This document shows, piece after piece, positions 48,367 to 60,896 of a stretch of 64,000 nt of DNA (within the stretch, counting starts at the first letter, position 1; each line of letters starts with the position of its first letter). The notes under the pieces were generated by a model that was not told the origin of the DNA, searched no databases, and saw only the letters and a program-made list of their open reading frames with translations. Source of the DNA: Candidatus Moraniibacteriota bacterium (GTDB taxonomy: Bacteria > Patescibacteriota > Minisyncoccia > Moranbacterales > GCA-2747515); assembly GCA_046116545.1 (NCBI GenBank), contig CP175956.1:1025734-1089733 (forward strand). The letters run 5' to 3'. The position numbers were made by a program, and so were the translations under genes.

Positions 48367-50709
48367 ATGGATCAAAAAAATAAAAACTGCATAAATAAGG
48401 GGTTTCAAATGGATATGAATATATCTAATATTTTTGTTGCTAAAAATGCAAAAAAACGAGCTTTTGTCGAACAGTTTGAACATAAAAGTGTTAACTTCAC
48501 ACAAAAAAACTTAGGCACTATATTCGGTTTTTTCATTGTTCGTGACTCTTCTCCAACATCAGAAAACATAGTTAACTTCTTGTCATCTGAAGTGAAAAAG
48601 AAGTATTTTTCTCCCGTGACAAAAGATGCTGATGAAAAATTTGAAATAACACTCCACCACATCAATAGAATACTAGAAGAAATAGCTAACATAGGGAATA
48701 TTGATTGGATAGGCACAATAGATAGTGCTATTTGTGTAATAAATAATACATCAATCACATTCAGTGTTACTGGTAATGCTCACATATTATTATTACGAGA
48801 CAACGCTCTTATGGATATAAGTGAGGGCCTAGCATCAAAAGAAGCCTCCGAATACCCACTAAAAACATTTATAGATATTTCAAGTGGTGAACTTTGTCCT
48901 GATGATAAATTGATTATAACCTCTCCTGAATTATTAGATTATGTATCTTTTGCTGAATTGCAAAAAAATGCAATTCATTTCGGACATGACAATTTCATAC
49001 AATTTATACAAACAGTATTAACAAATGAATGTTCCATGGCAACAGCTACAGTTATAGAGATAAACCAAAAAGAACAATCGCTAACAAATATTCAAGTAAC
49101 TAAACAGCTACCCTCCAATGAGCCTGTAAATGCATTTGGTGCTACTGCCTTTGAGAAAAATGACACAAATCTAAAGAATGCCGATATAGATACTGACGAA
49201 TTACTAAAAGACACTGAACGAGAAATTGAAGATGAATGGACTGACGAGAAAGGGCACATCCATATACAAGGCACTGACGAAGAAATTCCAGAACAAACTA
49301 TTCTAGAAACAACTCAAGAAAAAATAAATGATCTGAGTGAACAACTACAAGAATTCAGTTCAAAAAAATTCAAAAAAATTTCCAAATCTATTGCTGCATT
49401 AAGAGCTAAACAAACTAACGAATCTTTACAAACAGATCAACCAGAAGACTACGAAAATACTTCTATCGACTATATTGAGGATGATTTTGATGATGAAGTC
49501 ATTGGTACAGATATCAATGAATCTAAAACTACTGGTTATATCGAAGAAGATTCAATTAATAACGAACCAAAAAAAACTAAACAACTTGTTTATACAGTAT
49601 GTACTGTAACAAAAAATGCCACAAAAAATACTACTGTAAAATGTGTTCGACTAATTACAAATTTACGAAATAAACTGACAAAAAATTCAGTTGATGCCTC
49701 CACACAAGAAATTAGCAAATATACAGAAATAGAGAAAAAATCTATTCTGCCAAGTTTTCACCACATCACAAATCTTTGGCACACTATGAGCACTCAAACA
49801 AAATTAATTTCTATAGGTATATTGTTATTCATAATATTAGCACCTATATTTTTCATGATGATTTCAAGTAAAAGTGGTGAAAAAGTTATTGAAGAACCTC
49901 AAAAAGATACGTCCACACAAGAACAACTCCCAGAAGAAAAACCCATTGAACCAATTTCTTCAAACACAATAGAAGATGCCACTATATTACTCGAAGATTC
50001 TAACATAGTGTCAACATTATTCATGAAAGATTCTCAGTTAGGAATATCAAAACAAGCTATAACACTACTTAATGGAACTAAAAAAGACACATTCAAAATC
50101 CCTAGTGATGCCGGAGAAATTAAACTTGCTACAAATATGGATGACTTAGATTTAATATTTTTTTTAACAACATCTGATAAAGTATATTCTTTCAGTCCAA
50201 TTGTCAAAAAATTTACCCAACAAAAAAACATCCCCTCCATCAAAGCTTCTGACGTAGATACCCTTAATTCATTCATGACTTATATATACACAACCGATGA
50301 TAAACAAATCAAAAGATACACCAGACAAGAAAATGGCTTTGTGGAAGGAGAAAATTGGTTAACAGCGGATGTGAATCTATCCAAAACTACAACACTTGCA
50401 ATTGATGATGACATTTATACTGCTCGTGATGGTAAAATTTCCAAATTTTCTTCTCACAAAAAAGCACCTTTCTCACAAGACCCCACAATACAAAATGCAT
50501 TTTTAATATATACAACACCCGACACATCAAATATGTGGATTTTAGACAAAGAGCAAAAAACAGTATTTAAAACAAAAAAAGAATCTGGTAAAAAGTTAGA
50601 TGAATTCGTACATGATGATTTTGCAAATGCAACATCATTAACAATTGATGAAAAAAATAATAAAATTGTAATATCTACACCAGACAAAATCCTATCTTTC
50701 AAAATATAG
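48367..50709 (+). CDS. Hypothetical 780-aa protein: a PP2C/SpoIIE-like phosphatase-like N-terminal domain, an acidic linker, a single TM helix, and a ~280-aa extracytoplasmic C-terminal domain
   Basis: The PPM-like segment is IDSAICVINNTSITFSVTGNAHILLLRDNALMDISE…ATATVIEI. The TM helix is LISIGILLFIILAPIFFMMI. The true start may be the internal Met (MDMNISN). Confidence 0.4.
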   Translation: MDQKNKNCINKGFQMDMNISNIFVAKNAKKRAFVEQFEHKSVNFTQKNLGTIFGFFIVRDSSPTSENIVNFLSSEVKKKYFSPVTKDADEKFEITLHHINRILEEIANIGNIDWIGTIDSAICVINNTSITFSVTGNAHILLLRDNALMDISEGLASKEASEYPLKTFIDISSGELCPDDKLIITSPELLDYVSFAELQKNAIHFGHDNFIQFIQTVLTNECSMATATVIEINQKEQSLTNIQVTKQLPSNEPVNAFGATAFEKNDTNLKNADIDTDELLKDTEREIEDEWTDEKGHIHIQGTDEEIPEQTILETTQEKINDLSEQLQEFSSKKFKKISKSIAALRAKQTNESLQTDQPEDYENTSIDYIEDDFDDEVIGTDINESKTTGYIEEDSINNEPKKTKQLVYTVCTVTKNATKNTTVKCVRLITNLRNKLTKNSVDASTQEISKYTEIEKKSILPSFHHITNLWHTMSTQTKLISIGILLFIILAPIFFMMISSKSGEKVIEEPQKDTSTQEQLPEEKPIEPISSNTIEDATILLEDSNIVSTLFMKDSQLGISKQAITLLNGTKKDTFKIPSDAGEIKLATNMDDLDLIFFLTTSDKVYSFSPIVKKFTQQKNIPSIKASDVDTLNSFMTYIYTTDDKQIKRYTRQENGFVEGENWLTADVNLSKTTTLAIDDDIYTARDGKISKFSSHKKAPFSQDPTIQNAFLIYTTPDTSNMWILDKEQKTVFKTKKESGKKLDEFVHDDFANATSLTIDEKNNKIVISTPDKILSFKI

Positions 50710-50803
50710 CAACTATTTACAAAAACTATTTTTTATGTTATAGTGAAATTTAAAGTTATTTTACAAAAATATAAATCTATCAATAACTAGGAGGAATTCA
50801 AAA

Positions 50804-51034
50804 ATGCCACTTCCCAATGTTTTTTTAGCATCTTTTAAAGGTTTAAAGCTTGCTTTTTTTACGATTGCATTCGCGTATGGACTATTTGCATTAACGCTAA
50901 CAGTAATTCATTTAGCGACTACACCCATGGCAGTAGATTGGTTTAACATATCTGATAATTTTGTCATGAAACTAAAAAACATTGAACATTCAGTCACTCA
51001 ACTAACAGAGATTAAAGATGGAAATTCTCATTGA
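50804..51034 (+). CDS. Small membrane protein (76 aa)
   Basis: Strong Shine-Dalgarno sequence AGGAGG 8 nt upstream, with one or two TM helices. Confidence 0.35.
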   Translation: MPLPNVFLASFKGLKLAFFTIAFAYGLFALTLTVIHLATTPMAVDWFNISDNFVMKLKNIEHSVTQLTEIKDGNSH

Positions 51035-51148
51035 AGAAATTATGTTGATGATAGATTAGCCTTTCCAGGTGAAATACTAATAGCTCAATACCCCTAAAAT
51101 TCCAACACGCCATATAATTATCAATTATATGGCGTGTTTTATTTTTGT

Positions 51149-52195
51149 TTATTTCTCAATATTTATACTTACTTTTTCATTATCCTCTTCGGCACTTACT
51201 CTTTGATCCTTCTTGGCATCTACTATTTTTGTTGATTCTACATTCACAAACTTAACACTTTGATTACTTCTCGCATTGTTTCTTTTTTTACTGTTTTGTT
51301 TTTTAACGATATGTTTCTTATCTCTACTATTTATAATCTTCAATAAAACAAGTATACAAACAATCACAATTATCGCAACTAGTGGGAAAAAATAACCCAT
51401 AGTAAAATCTATTTTCATCCTAGTTGCCCCCTCACCATCTACAAAAACTGTGGTTGCCTTATACAACCCAAATAATGACGGAACATCTTCAACTATAATA
51501 AACTCAAATATTTTTCCCGGAAATACAAAATGTTTTTCATACTCATATAAATTTTCTTTTTTTGTAAAAATATTTCTTACTACAATTTCACCATATGGTA
51601 CGTAATGTATATTTCCTGTATTTTCAAATTCAGCCGCATACTCAACCGTACCAAATGATAATAATGGAATATCAAATTTATTTACACGACCACTCGCATG
51701 TGTATCCCCCTTCACATTCACTAGTACATGCACTCCAACTTGACCATTAACCTGCACTGTATTATCTGAATCATCCTCGATTCTGAATATAGCAGCACCT
51801 CTATGACTTCCTATAACAGCATCATTGGGTGTATTCACAGTAAATACTATCTCTCGCTTCTCTCCATCAGTTAATTTGATATACTCTTCATCTACACTAA
51901 GCCAATTACTAAGACCTGTTTGTTCATCTTTATCATCAATGAGAACTAAATCATTATTTTCTCCCAAAACATAATCTTTTGCATCTAAAATAATTTCCTG
52001 TTCTTTTCCTGAAATATTTTTTACATTAATTACAAACTGTTGTGATTCACCTGCATTTACATCAAAAACAATAGCCGTTTGATCAACTTCAACGCCTAAG
52101 TTACCTGCAAATGAAATCTGCGGCAAAACCACCAGAAACCCACTCATTACCAAATACTGAACTACTTTATAAAATTTCATATTTTTTACTATCAA
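51149..52195 (-). CDS. Cell-surface protein with an N-terminal signal, beta-rich ectodomain, C-terminal TM anchor and Lys-rich tail (DUF916/DUF3324-like architecture)
   Basis: 348 aa. It has a signal peptide and a C-terminal hydrophobic helix FFPLVAIIVIVCILVLL followed by a K/R/N-rich tail. The family assignment rests on architecture only. Confidence 0.45.
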   Translation of the reverse strand: MIVKNMKFYKVVQYLVMSGFLVVLPQISFAGNLGVEVDQTAIVFDVNAGESQQFVINVKNISGKEQEIILDAKDYVLGENNDLVLIDDKDEQTGLSNWLSVDEEYIKLTDGEKREIVFTVNTPNDAVIGSHRGAAIFRIEDDSDNTVQVNGQVGVHVLVNVKGDTHASGRVNKFDIPLLSFGTVEYAAEFENTGNIHYVPYGEIVVRNIFTKKENLYEYEKHFVFPGKIFEFIIVEDVPSLFGLYKATTVFVDGEGATRMKIDFTMGYFFPLVAIIVIVCILVLLKIINSRDKKHIVKKQNSKKRNNARSNQSVKFVNVESTKIVDAKKDQRVSAEEDNEKVSINIEK

Positions 52196-52304
52196 TTACT
52201 TACTCTTTCAAATATTTTCAAGTATACCATACATTCAATAAAAACTAATCACCCATTTAAATCCAAATTTAAATAGGTAATTAATTATTTAAGTTTAATT
52301 TTAT

Positions 52305-55013
52305 CTACTGATAAAACCCACTAGCATCAGAAGTAGCAGTATAAGTTACTGAACCTGTATATACTCCTGAAGGTTGTGATGGTGATACATCAACTTTGTA
52401 ACATACATCAGTTGTTGTTGAAGTTGAATTATATGCTGTGTATGCTGCTATTGCTTGAGCTGTTTGTGGTACACCTGCATATTCTGCATCATCATTTGTT
52501 GTTCCTTCTTCACACAGATCTCCTGAGGTTGTCCATATGTTATTGAAGGTGTTATGAGTTGTATCATTTTGTGGAAATTGTATTACTGAGAAACCTAAAC
52601 CTTTTGTTGTTGGAGCGTTCCAAGATTCTGTTACTTTTGTTGTTTGATCAAATTGTGTTAGGTCTGGTATTTCATCTGTATTATTTGAATGTACTAGGGT
52701 TGTATTTGAAGCTCCATTATCATTTATCATTGATAAATAATAACCTTGGGTATCATTTGTTGTTACTATACAAGTTGATTCTCCTACTGCTGGAGTTCCT
52801 GCTATTACTATTCCTGGGTTTGCTACTGTTCCTAGTATTACATCATAATCTCCTGTTGATCTATCTTTATCATAACAATCCATTGATAGAGTTGCATTTA
52901 CTTCTACATTTAGGTTTAGGTCATCTATTCCTGATATTGTTCCATCTCCGTTTACAATATAAGTTGTTGCATGGTTTGTTGTGAATGTACATATTCCGTT
53001 TGTTACTGTACATGTTGTATGGGTATTCCATGTAGTAGATCCTTCTAGTTGTGAGAGAACTTCTAGTTCCATATCATTGTAAGCTTCGCTTACATTCATT
53101 TCTATTGTTATATCATTTGAGAAACTTAGGTTTTCATTTGGTATACCTAGTCTTACTGCTCCTATAGCATTTGGGTGTTCTACTTTTTCACTTGTTAAAG
53201 TATTTTGTGTTATGAAGTTTTGGAAGTTGAAGAGTCCTGCACTTGCTTCAGTTATTACAGTACTTGTTGGAAATATTGCATTTGTTGTTGGTGATTGGAA
53301 AGTTATTTGTTCATTTGTTGTTGTTTGTGTTGTATTGTCTAAAGTTCCATTATCTACTGTTATGTAACCATTTGTTGTTAGATCATCCATATCTATTGTA
53401 TCTGGATCTATAACTATTTGGCTTGTTAATGCATTTGTTGTAAAACTTTGTTCTTGACCATATACTATTCCTTTTTCATTTGTTGCTTTTGCTCTTATGT
53501 AATATGTTGTGTCTGGAGTTAAATCAGTCATATCACAGGAGTAACTTCCTGTGCCTCCAGTTCCTGCGGTGCAGTCATCAGTGTAAGTTTTACTTACTGT
53601 TCCCCATTCTATTTCTCTTGTAGGATTTTGAGTTCCTATATCTGTTATTTCTGCGTTTCCTATTGCTGTTGTTGTTCCTATTGTTGAAGTTGTATCTGTT
53701 TGAGTTTGAGCTTTGTTTGTTAAGAAATGGATGTGGATTGCTCCTCTGTCTATTCCTCCTGCGTCATCATAACGCGCAGTAACAATAAGATCTTGAACGC
53801 CATCATTATTAAGATCACCTATATTTGTGATGGACGCACTATAAAGATCTGCATCAGAAAGCACTGGACCATTTGTAGTATTATCATTAATTTCTACTGT
53901 TGATTTAACTGAACCATCCGTATTCATAAAGTGAATATGTATCGTACCACGATTTGCACCACCAGCATCATCAAGATATGCACCTACTGCAATATCTTGT
54001 ACACCGTCACCATCGAGGTCCCCCATATTTACAATAGACTCACCATAATAATCCGAGTCTGCTAAATCAGGTCCATTTACTGTTAAATCATTAATCTCTA
54101 CTGTTGATTTAACCGAACCATCTGTATTCATAAAGTGAATATGTATCGTACCACGACTTGTACCATTCAAACTATCATAAACTGCACCTACGGCAATATC
54201 ATTTACACCATCATTATTAAGATCACCTATATTTGCAACAGATTCTCCATATTGATCACCATCGAGAGTAGGTCCATTTATAGTTAAATGATTAATTTCT
54301 ATAGTAGAATCTATAGAACCATCTGTATTCATGAAATGTATGTGTACCGTACCATTATTAATTCCACCAGTATCATCACCAGTTGCTCCAACCATAATAT
54401 CCTCAACACTATCATTATTAAGATCGCCCAAATTTTCAATAGATATACCATAAAGATCACCATCAGACAATGTTGGACCATTTATAGTGCTATCATTAAT
54501 CTTTACAGTTGAATCAATTGAACCATCTGTATTCATAAAGTGAATATATACTGCACCCTGATCTGTACCTCCTGTGTCATCACGATATGATCCAACCGTA
54601 ATATCTTGTACACCATCATTATTCAAATCATTCAAATTTGCAATAGCATATCCATATCTATCACCATCTGAAAGCACTGGTCCATTTATTGTTAAATGAT
54701 TTATTTCTACAGTGGATTTAACAGAACCATCTATATTCATGAAATGAATATGTACTGCACCGCGATCTGTACCTCCTGCATCATCATAAAATGCCCCAAT
54801 AGCAATATCATCCACACCATCACCATCAAGATCACCAATGTTTTCAACAGCTGATCCATATGAATCCGAATCATTAAGCACTGGTCCATTTGTTGTTAAA
54901 TCATTTATTTCGATAGTTGAGTCTATTGAGCCGTCTCCTGCTGCAAAAGTTGATTGTGAACAAAAAAGTGTAGCAATAAATGCTATTGAAATTATAATTA
55001 GATTATTTTTCAT
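52305..55013 (-). CDS. Secreted surface protein, paralog 3. Domain order: signal peptide, 7 FG-GAP-like repeats, an Fn3-like domain, and the conserved C-terminal domain
   Basis: 902 aa. It has the same architecture as 28516..31230. The last ~370 aa are nearly identical to paralog 2, and the last ~285 aa are nearly identical to paralog 1. Confidence 0.75.
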   Translation of the reverse strand: MKNNLIIISIAFIATLFCSQSTFAAGDGSIDSTIEINDLTTNGPVLNDSDSYGSAVENIGDLDGDGVDDIAIGAFYDDAGGTDRGAVHIHFMNIDGSVKSTVEINHLTINGPVLSDGDRYGYAIANLNDLNNDGVQDITVGSYRDDTGGTDQGAVYIHFMNTDGSIDSTVKINDSTINGPTLSDGDLYGISIENLGDLNNDSVEDIMVGATGDDTGGINNGTVHIHFMNTDGSIDSTIEINHLTINGPTLDGDQYGESVANIGDLNNDGVNDIAVGAVYDSLNGTSRGTIHIHFMNTDGSVKSTVEINDLTVNGPDLADSDYYGESIVNMGDLDGDGVQDIAVGAYLDDAGGANRGTIHIHFMNTDGSVKSTVEINDNTTNGPVLSDADLYSASITNIGDLNNDGVQDLIVTARYDDAGGIDRGAIHIHFLTNKAQTQTDTTSTIGTTTAIGNAEITDIGTQNPTREIEWGTVSKTYTDDCTAGTGGTGSYSCDMTDLTPDTTYYIRAKATNEKGIVYGQEQSFTTNALTSQIVIDPDTIDMDDLTTNGYITVDNGTLDNTTQTTTNEQITFQSPTTNAIFPTSTVITEASAGLFNFQNFITQNTLTSEKVEHPNAIGAVRLGIPNENLSFSNDITIEMNVSEAYNDMELEVLSQLEGSTTWNTHTTCTVTNGICTFTTNHATTYIVNGDGTISGIDDLNLNVEVNATLSMDCYDKDRSTGDYDVILGTVANPGIVIAGTPAVGESTCIVTTNDTQGYYLSMINDNGASNTTLVHSNNTDEIPDLTQFDQTTKVTESWNAPTTKGLGFSVIQFPQNDTTHNTFNNIWTTSGDLCEEGTTNDDAEYAGVPQTAQAIAAYTAYNSTSTTTDVCYKVDVSPSQPSGVYTGSVTYTATSDASGFYQ

Positions 55014-55082
55014 ATTTTTTATTTTAACTTTTTATTTTCTAACTTTCAGTATATCATTTATTATTATTTTTACAAAATTTTT

Positions 55083-55116
55083 AATCAAAATTAAAAGATA
55101 TCTTTTGATTTTGATT
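55083..55116. repeat. 34-nt imperfect palindrome centred on GATATC
   Basis: AATCAAAATTAAAAGAT|ATCTTTTGATTTTGATT with one mismatch. Confidence 0.5.
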
Positions 55117-55136
55117 ATTATTCTTTTTTATCATGA

Positions 55137-55172
55137 AAATGTAGTGGACAGACATGTCTGTCCACTACATTT
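55137..55172. repeat. 36-nt perfect palindrome AAATGTAGTGGACAGACA|TGTCTGTCCACTACATTT
   Basis: Checked base by base. It is centred between 55154 and 55155, about 125 nt upstream of the paralog-3 start codon. Confidence 0.6.
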
Positions 55173-55213
55173 AAATTATTATAATATTTTTTTTAACCTA
55201 TCCCTATTCGTAA

Positions 55214-55233
55214 AGACGCATTGCAATGCGTCT
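55214..55233. repeat. 20-nt perfect palindrome AGACGCATTGCAATGCGTCT
   Basis: Checked base by base. Confidence 0.55.
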
Positions 55234-55385
55234 CTACATTACACATATGCTCAAAAAATATTCATCTGTAGGGACATGCTCTTGTGGCTGTCCTCACATC
55301 ATATACACATGGCGGGCACAAGGCCACGCCACTACAATAAATAATCATTAGTTAAAAATGGTATGACATTTGATATAATTTTTAA

Positions 55386-55413
55386 AAACAAAAAAAACCA
55401 ACCTTTCGGTTGG
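55386..55413 (-). terminator. Intrinsic terminator of the rRNA unit (just 3' of the 5S gene)
   Basis: On the minus strand, CCAACCGAAAGGTTGG is followed by TTTTTTTTGTTTTT. Confidence 0.55.
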
Positions 55414-55437
55414 CATTTGAACTTTCATTTTGAATAC

Positions 55438-55554
55438 ACTGTTCCCAGCATTGACCTACTCTCCCTCATAGAGGTACCATCGGCGCTGATAGGCTTAACT
55501 GCTGAGTTCGGTATGGGATCAGGTGTGACCCTATCGCCAAAAACACTGGAAACA
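55438..55554 (-). rRNA. rrf: 5S ribosomal RNA
   Basis: The reverse complement contains GGTCACACCTGATCCCATACCGAACTCAG…GCGCCGATGGTA…GAGAGTAGG. Helix I is TGTTTCCAG/CTGGGAACA. Confidence 0.8.
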
Positions 55555-55784
55555 CTATATTCAAAATGTGCATATAATTAGTTTTTATCACAATTCAAAG
55601 AATTATGATAAATATCAGGAGAGAAACAACGAGTATTTGTGACTAAACAACCTTCTCATTCTTTAGTTTATACATTTAACATGCATAAATATCTTTAAGT
55701 TTCTCTTAATTGTCAACTCAATTATAGACAATTTTCATCTGTTTACAAATAAATTTATAAACAAGACAAAGAAGAAATAAAAGA

Positions 55785-59020
<3,236 letters not shown>

Positions 59021-59635
59021 TTTATTTCGTTATAAGTCTATAAAGAATTGACAATTAAGATAAACCTAATTGAAAACTCATATACTACTTAATTAGAATG
59101 AGTGTTTGTTCTTGTTCTATCATTTGATGCTGACATGACCTAAGTCATATCGTATCAATGAAATTGCTTAACCTATTGTTGCTTTCTCCTGATTTAACCA
59201 CATTCATATTTCCGCAAATATTATGTAGCTAATCAAAATTATATGCAATTGTGAAAGTTCTCATTCTGCGGAAACAAGTAAGTCTTTTTCACCATGTTTC
59301 AGCACAATATTTTCTATAATTTTTTTCAAATAAAAAAACGAGTTATGTCCCCAAAAATTAACCTCGTTTATTCGCTCTTTCTCAGGAAAGTAATTCTCTT
59401 CCTCGGAGCAGTAATAACTACTATAGCAAAGCTAAAAAATTTGTCAAGCTTTTGAAAATTAATGTCTATTTTTAACAAATAAACAACTCCCAATTGCTCC
59501 AAAAAATTTCAAAACTTTTTAAATGAACGTCTCTTTCCTCAACTCAAAGAAGTATATACTACTTCCATTTTTTTTGCAAGTCTTTGTTTTAATAACCACT
59601 TAAATACTCCTTACTAGTCCTTTAACTGTACGGTA

Positions 59636-59674
59636 AGAAAATAAAAAATCAGTTGTGTATATACACAACTGATT
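59636..59674 (-). terminator. Intrinsic terminator downstream of pyrF and the small Cys-rich ORF
   Basis: 28-nt perfect palindrome AATCAGTTGTGTAT|ATACACAACTGATT followed on the minus strand by TTTTTATTTTC. Confidence 0.55.
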
Positions 59675-59701
59675 TAGTTAACTAATTATTTTGTTAAAAA
59701 A

Positions 59702-59860
59702 TTAGTCTTTATTATTTTTCTCATACAACATGCGTTGTTGAAAAAATTCACAGTGTTCGAAACAACCCTTTTCTTTATGTTCACATGTTTTACATGCTTC
59801 GGGCATTTCAACTTCCTTTATTTTCCTATCATACCCTTTTGCAATTTCCACACCTGCCAT
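59702..59860 (-). CDS. Small Cys-rich protein (52 aa; CxxC…C…HC zinc-ribbon-like)
   Basis: Hand translation MAGVEIAKGYDRKIKEVEMPEACKTCEHKEKGCFEHCEFFQQRMLYEKNNKD. It lies between the pyrF stop and the terminator. It has a weak Shine-Dalgarno sequence and is absent from the ORF track because it is shorter than 60 aa. Confidence 0.35.
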   Translation of the reverse strand: MAGVEIAKGYDRKIKEVEMPEACKTCEHKEKGCFEHCEFFQQRMLYEKNNKD

Positions 59861-59876
59861 ATCAACATCCGCCTTT

Positions 59877-60896
59877 TTAAAATGGCACCATTCCTATTCG
59901 ACGCTTAACAGCATCATTAAGTGCATCCCGCCCTTGTTGACTTGCTTTTGCAGCTGCATTAGCAAAATTACTTGGATCACATGCAAATTCTTTACTAAAC
60001 TTTTTCAAATATGCATAATTAGTTGCTCGTGAATTATTCACAACAATACCAAATCCGTCATCATTAACACCTATAACAGCATCATCAGCACCACTGCCTT
60101 GATACCCAAAACCGGGTTTAAGCTTGAATGCATAGGGAATTTCAGATTGCATAACAACTGCATCTTCCGGATACGTTGCACCCATGACAACACCAATACT
60201 TGAGTAACCGTGTCGCCCTTTTACATCCTTACCCAATTCACGCACTTGTCTTGCTAAAACAATCCATGCCTTTACTTCTTCTGGCGTCATTATCTCTTGC
60301 AGTTCTGCCTCTGGCTTAAAGGATGTTTTATCAACTACAAAAATTCCTTTTCCCTCAGCAGCAGCAACTTCCTTAAATGGTTTGAAATTAGGTTCACCAA
60401 TCCAAGGAGTAATAGTAAGCGCATCTGCATTGTACACAGACGGCATCATAACAAGTTCACCAGCTTCACCAATTACATCAATCTGTCCGAGATGACCATC
60501 TGCATAAGCCTGTGCTGTATCTCCGCCATCCTCTCGCTTAGCATCTTCAATACAAATCATATCCAATGATTTGATATATACACTTACCCTCTCAAACGCT
60601 CGCACACCATGATAACCATACTTTTCAAAAAATGCCATCTGTGGCTTGTAGCCTAACGCAAACTCATTGGTCGAATTAATAATCGCCATACAGTAAACAA
60701 CAATTACTTCCTCAACAGCTCTCAATCCTGGACCAAACTCATCAGCAGCCCACTTCAAAATGTGTGGTGGAAAGTATCGCAACTGTGGATCAAGTCCTAC
60801 AATTAAATATGATCCTCTCTCAAGAATGGCATCAATTAGCTTATCTGCAAAGTTTGTTTTCATTCCTAATTTCTCCCTATTGTTTTGATAGTTCAT
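59877..60896 (-). CDS. pyrF: Orotidine-5'-phosphate decarboxylase, type 2
   Basis: FADKLIDAILERGSYLIVGLDP matches the N-terminal signature of type-2 OMP decarboxylases. It is co-located with pyrE. Confidence 0.7.
   Translation of the reverse strand: MNYQNNREKLGMKTNFADKLIDAILERGSYLIVGLDPQLRYFPPHILKWAADEFGPGLRAVEEVIVVYCMAIINSTNEFALGYKPQMAFFEKYGYHGVRAFERVSVYIKSLDMICIEDAKREDGGDTAQAYADGHLGQIDVIGEAGELVMMPSVYNADALTITPWIGEPNFKPFKEVAAAEGKGIFVVDKTSFKPEAELQEIMTPEEVKAWIVLARQVRELGKDVKGRHGYSSIGVVMGATYPEDAVVMQSEIPYAFKLKPGFGYQGSGADDAVIGVNDDGFGIVVNNSRATNYAYLKKFSKEFACDPSNFANAAAKASQQGRDALNDAVKRRIGMVPF

Noticed and set aside
54838-55344. 168-aa + strand ORF spanning the paralog-3 start and promoter region
   Set aside because: It is antisense or overlapping to the start of a well-supported gene and its promoter and palindromes. 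It is low-complexity and has no ribosome-binding site
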